A stretch of 63,936 bases of DNA, counting the filler, from Octopus bimaculoides (lineage: Eukaryota), in the NCBI RefSeq assembly GCF_001194135.2. It is 6 parts of 5 records of this genome, joined end to end, with 100 filler letters (N's around TTAATTAATTAA, not from the genome) between each part and the next. Parts side by side here need not be neighbours in the genome. Positions count along the whole stretch, not along the records: positions 62,074 to 63,936 come from NC_068985.1; 5 more parts are not named here. One strand, given 5' to 3'. Numbering within the stretch: the first letter of the stretch is position 1; every line of letters starts with the position of its first letter. Below, piece after piece: positions 63,041-63,936 of the stretch. The position numbers were made by a program, and so were the translations under genes. The notes under the pieces were generated by a model. The model did not search any database and was not told the DNA's origin. It worked only from the letters and a program-made list of their open reading frames with translations.

Positions 63041-63903
63041 CTGATGGGTTTAAAGTATATTTCGCTCACATATACACATACTGTGAATTTTAAATAATTA
63101 CACTAAAAGTATAGAGATTTTTATAATTCCAACAAGAAAAATATCAAAACCAAGTTGAACTAAATACTATGAAAAATATGGCAAAGTTTAAAATTATTTG
63201 TATATGGTACAATACGGAATCCAGGGAAATTGGTATCTGTCTGCATAGGTAAAGATTAATTCCTAGATTTCCTAGAAGAGTTCAATGAGTAGGTTTTCTG
63301 TGAGGAGTAAAAGAGTTTAAGTTCGAACACTTGCCTTTCTTTCTACAGAGGAATTATATAAAAGTGTAATTGCTTTGGTCACAAAATTGCGAATGAAAAA
63401 TGGAATAAAATGATAGTATCATGTCAGGAACGAGCAGCAATGTAGGAAGAGAGGGTGAAAAGCTGGTGACAGGTGCTATGAGTTATGAGCAAGGTGAATC
63501 ATGGGGGATGAAAAAAATGGTAGTGAGGACCAGAATAAGTGAGGTGGACAACACTAAGAGGAGGGGTGGACAACACTAAGGAGGGAGAAAAGAAGTGGAA
63601 GTGGGAACTTGCAAAGAACTGAGATTAATAAGGCGTGGCCAAGAACTGTAAAATGATTTATGACAGTAAGGAGTGAGCAGAATTGTAAAGAAAATTAATA
63701 GTGTCTAGAGTGGAGGTCAGTAGGGATGGAAAGAAATATATATAGTAGTCTGTGACAGGATGTGGATGGGGTGGGGGAGATTAGAGGGCCAATATAATAA
63801 AATAGCTTATAGGCACAATCCAACTACATGCTGCACACAGTGTGTACAATATGTAAAGTACAGGCATACAACTGCATTCAAAATAGCTAATCATACAGTA
63901 CAT

Positions 63904-63936
<33 letters not shown>

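Noticed and set aside
63543-63580. 16-bp direct repeat ggtggacaacactaag x2
   Set aside because: Single short local duplication, no further structure.

Overview
Repeat-dense, AT-rich eukaryotic genomic DNA from a draft short-read assembly. About 4.8 kb (~7.5%) is N, and almost every gap is flanked by (TA)n or (CA)n. Its tRNA-derived SINE families and LINE remnants point to an octopod cephalopod (inferred from recognising the sequences; no database search was run). I can support no intact host gene, rRNA, tRNA or CRISPR array. Nearly all long entries in the ORF track are microsatellite translations, antisense shadows of LINEs, or run through gaps. The window is a mosaic of three SINE families, decayed non-LTR retrotransposons (a near-full-length RTE, R4/Dong-like fragments, CR1-like, L1/Tx1-like, Penelope-like), Tc1/mariner remnants, foldback/MITE elements and microsatellites. 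The most interesting signals are: (1) a ~1.9-kb L1/Tx1-type element that carries ORF1 but no RT (HAL1-like), inserted into a SINE tRNA head with a decayed 13-bp target-site duplication; (2) repeated association of R4/Dong-like fragments with (TAA)n tracts; (3) several locally generated hairpins and two hammerhead-like motifs; (4) a sharply CpG-depleted last 1.86 kb holding phase-compatible candidate micro-exons on the minus strand, probably part of a methylated host-gene body. Element boundaries were read by eye and are approximate.
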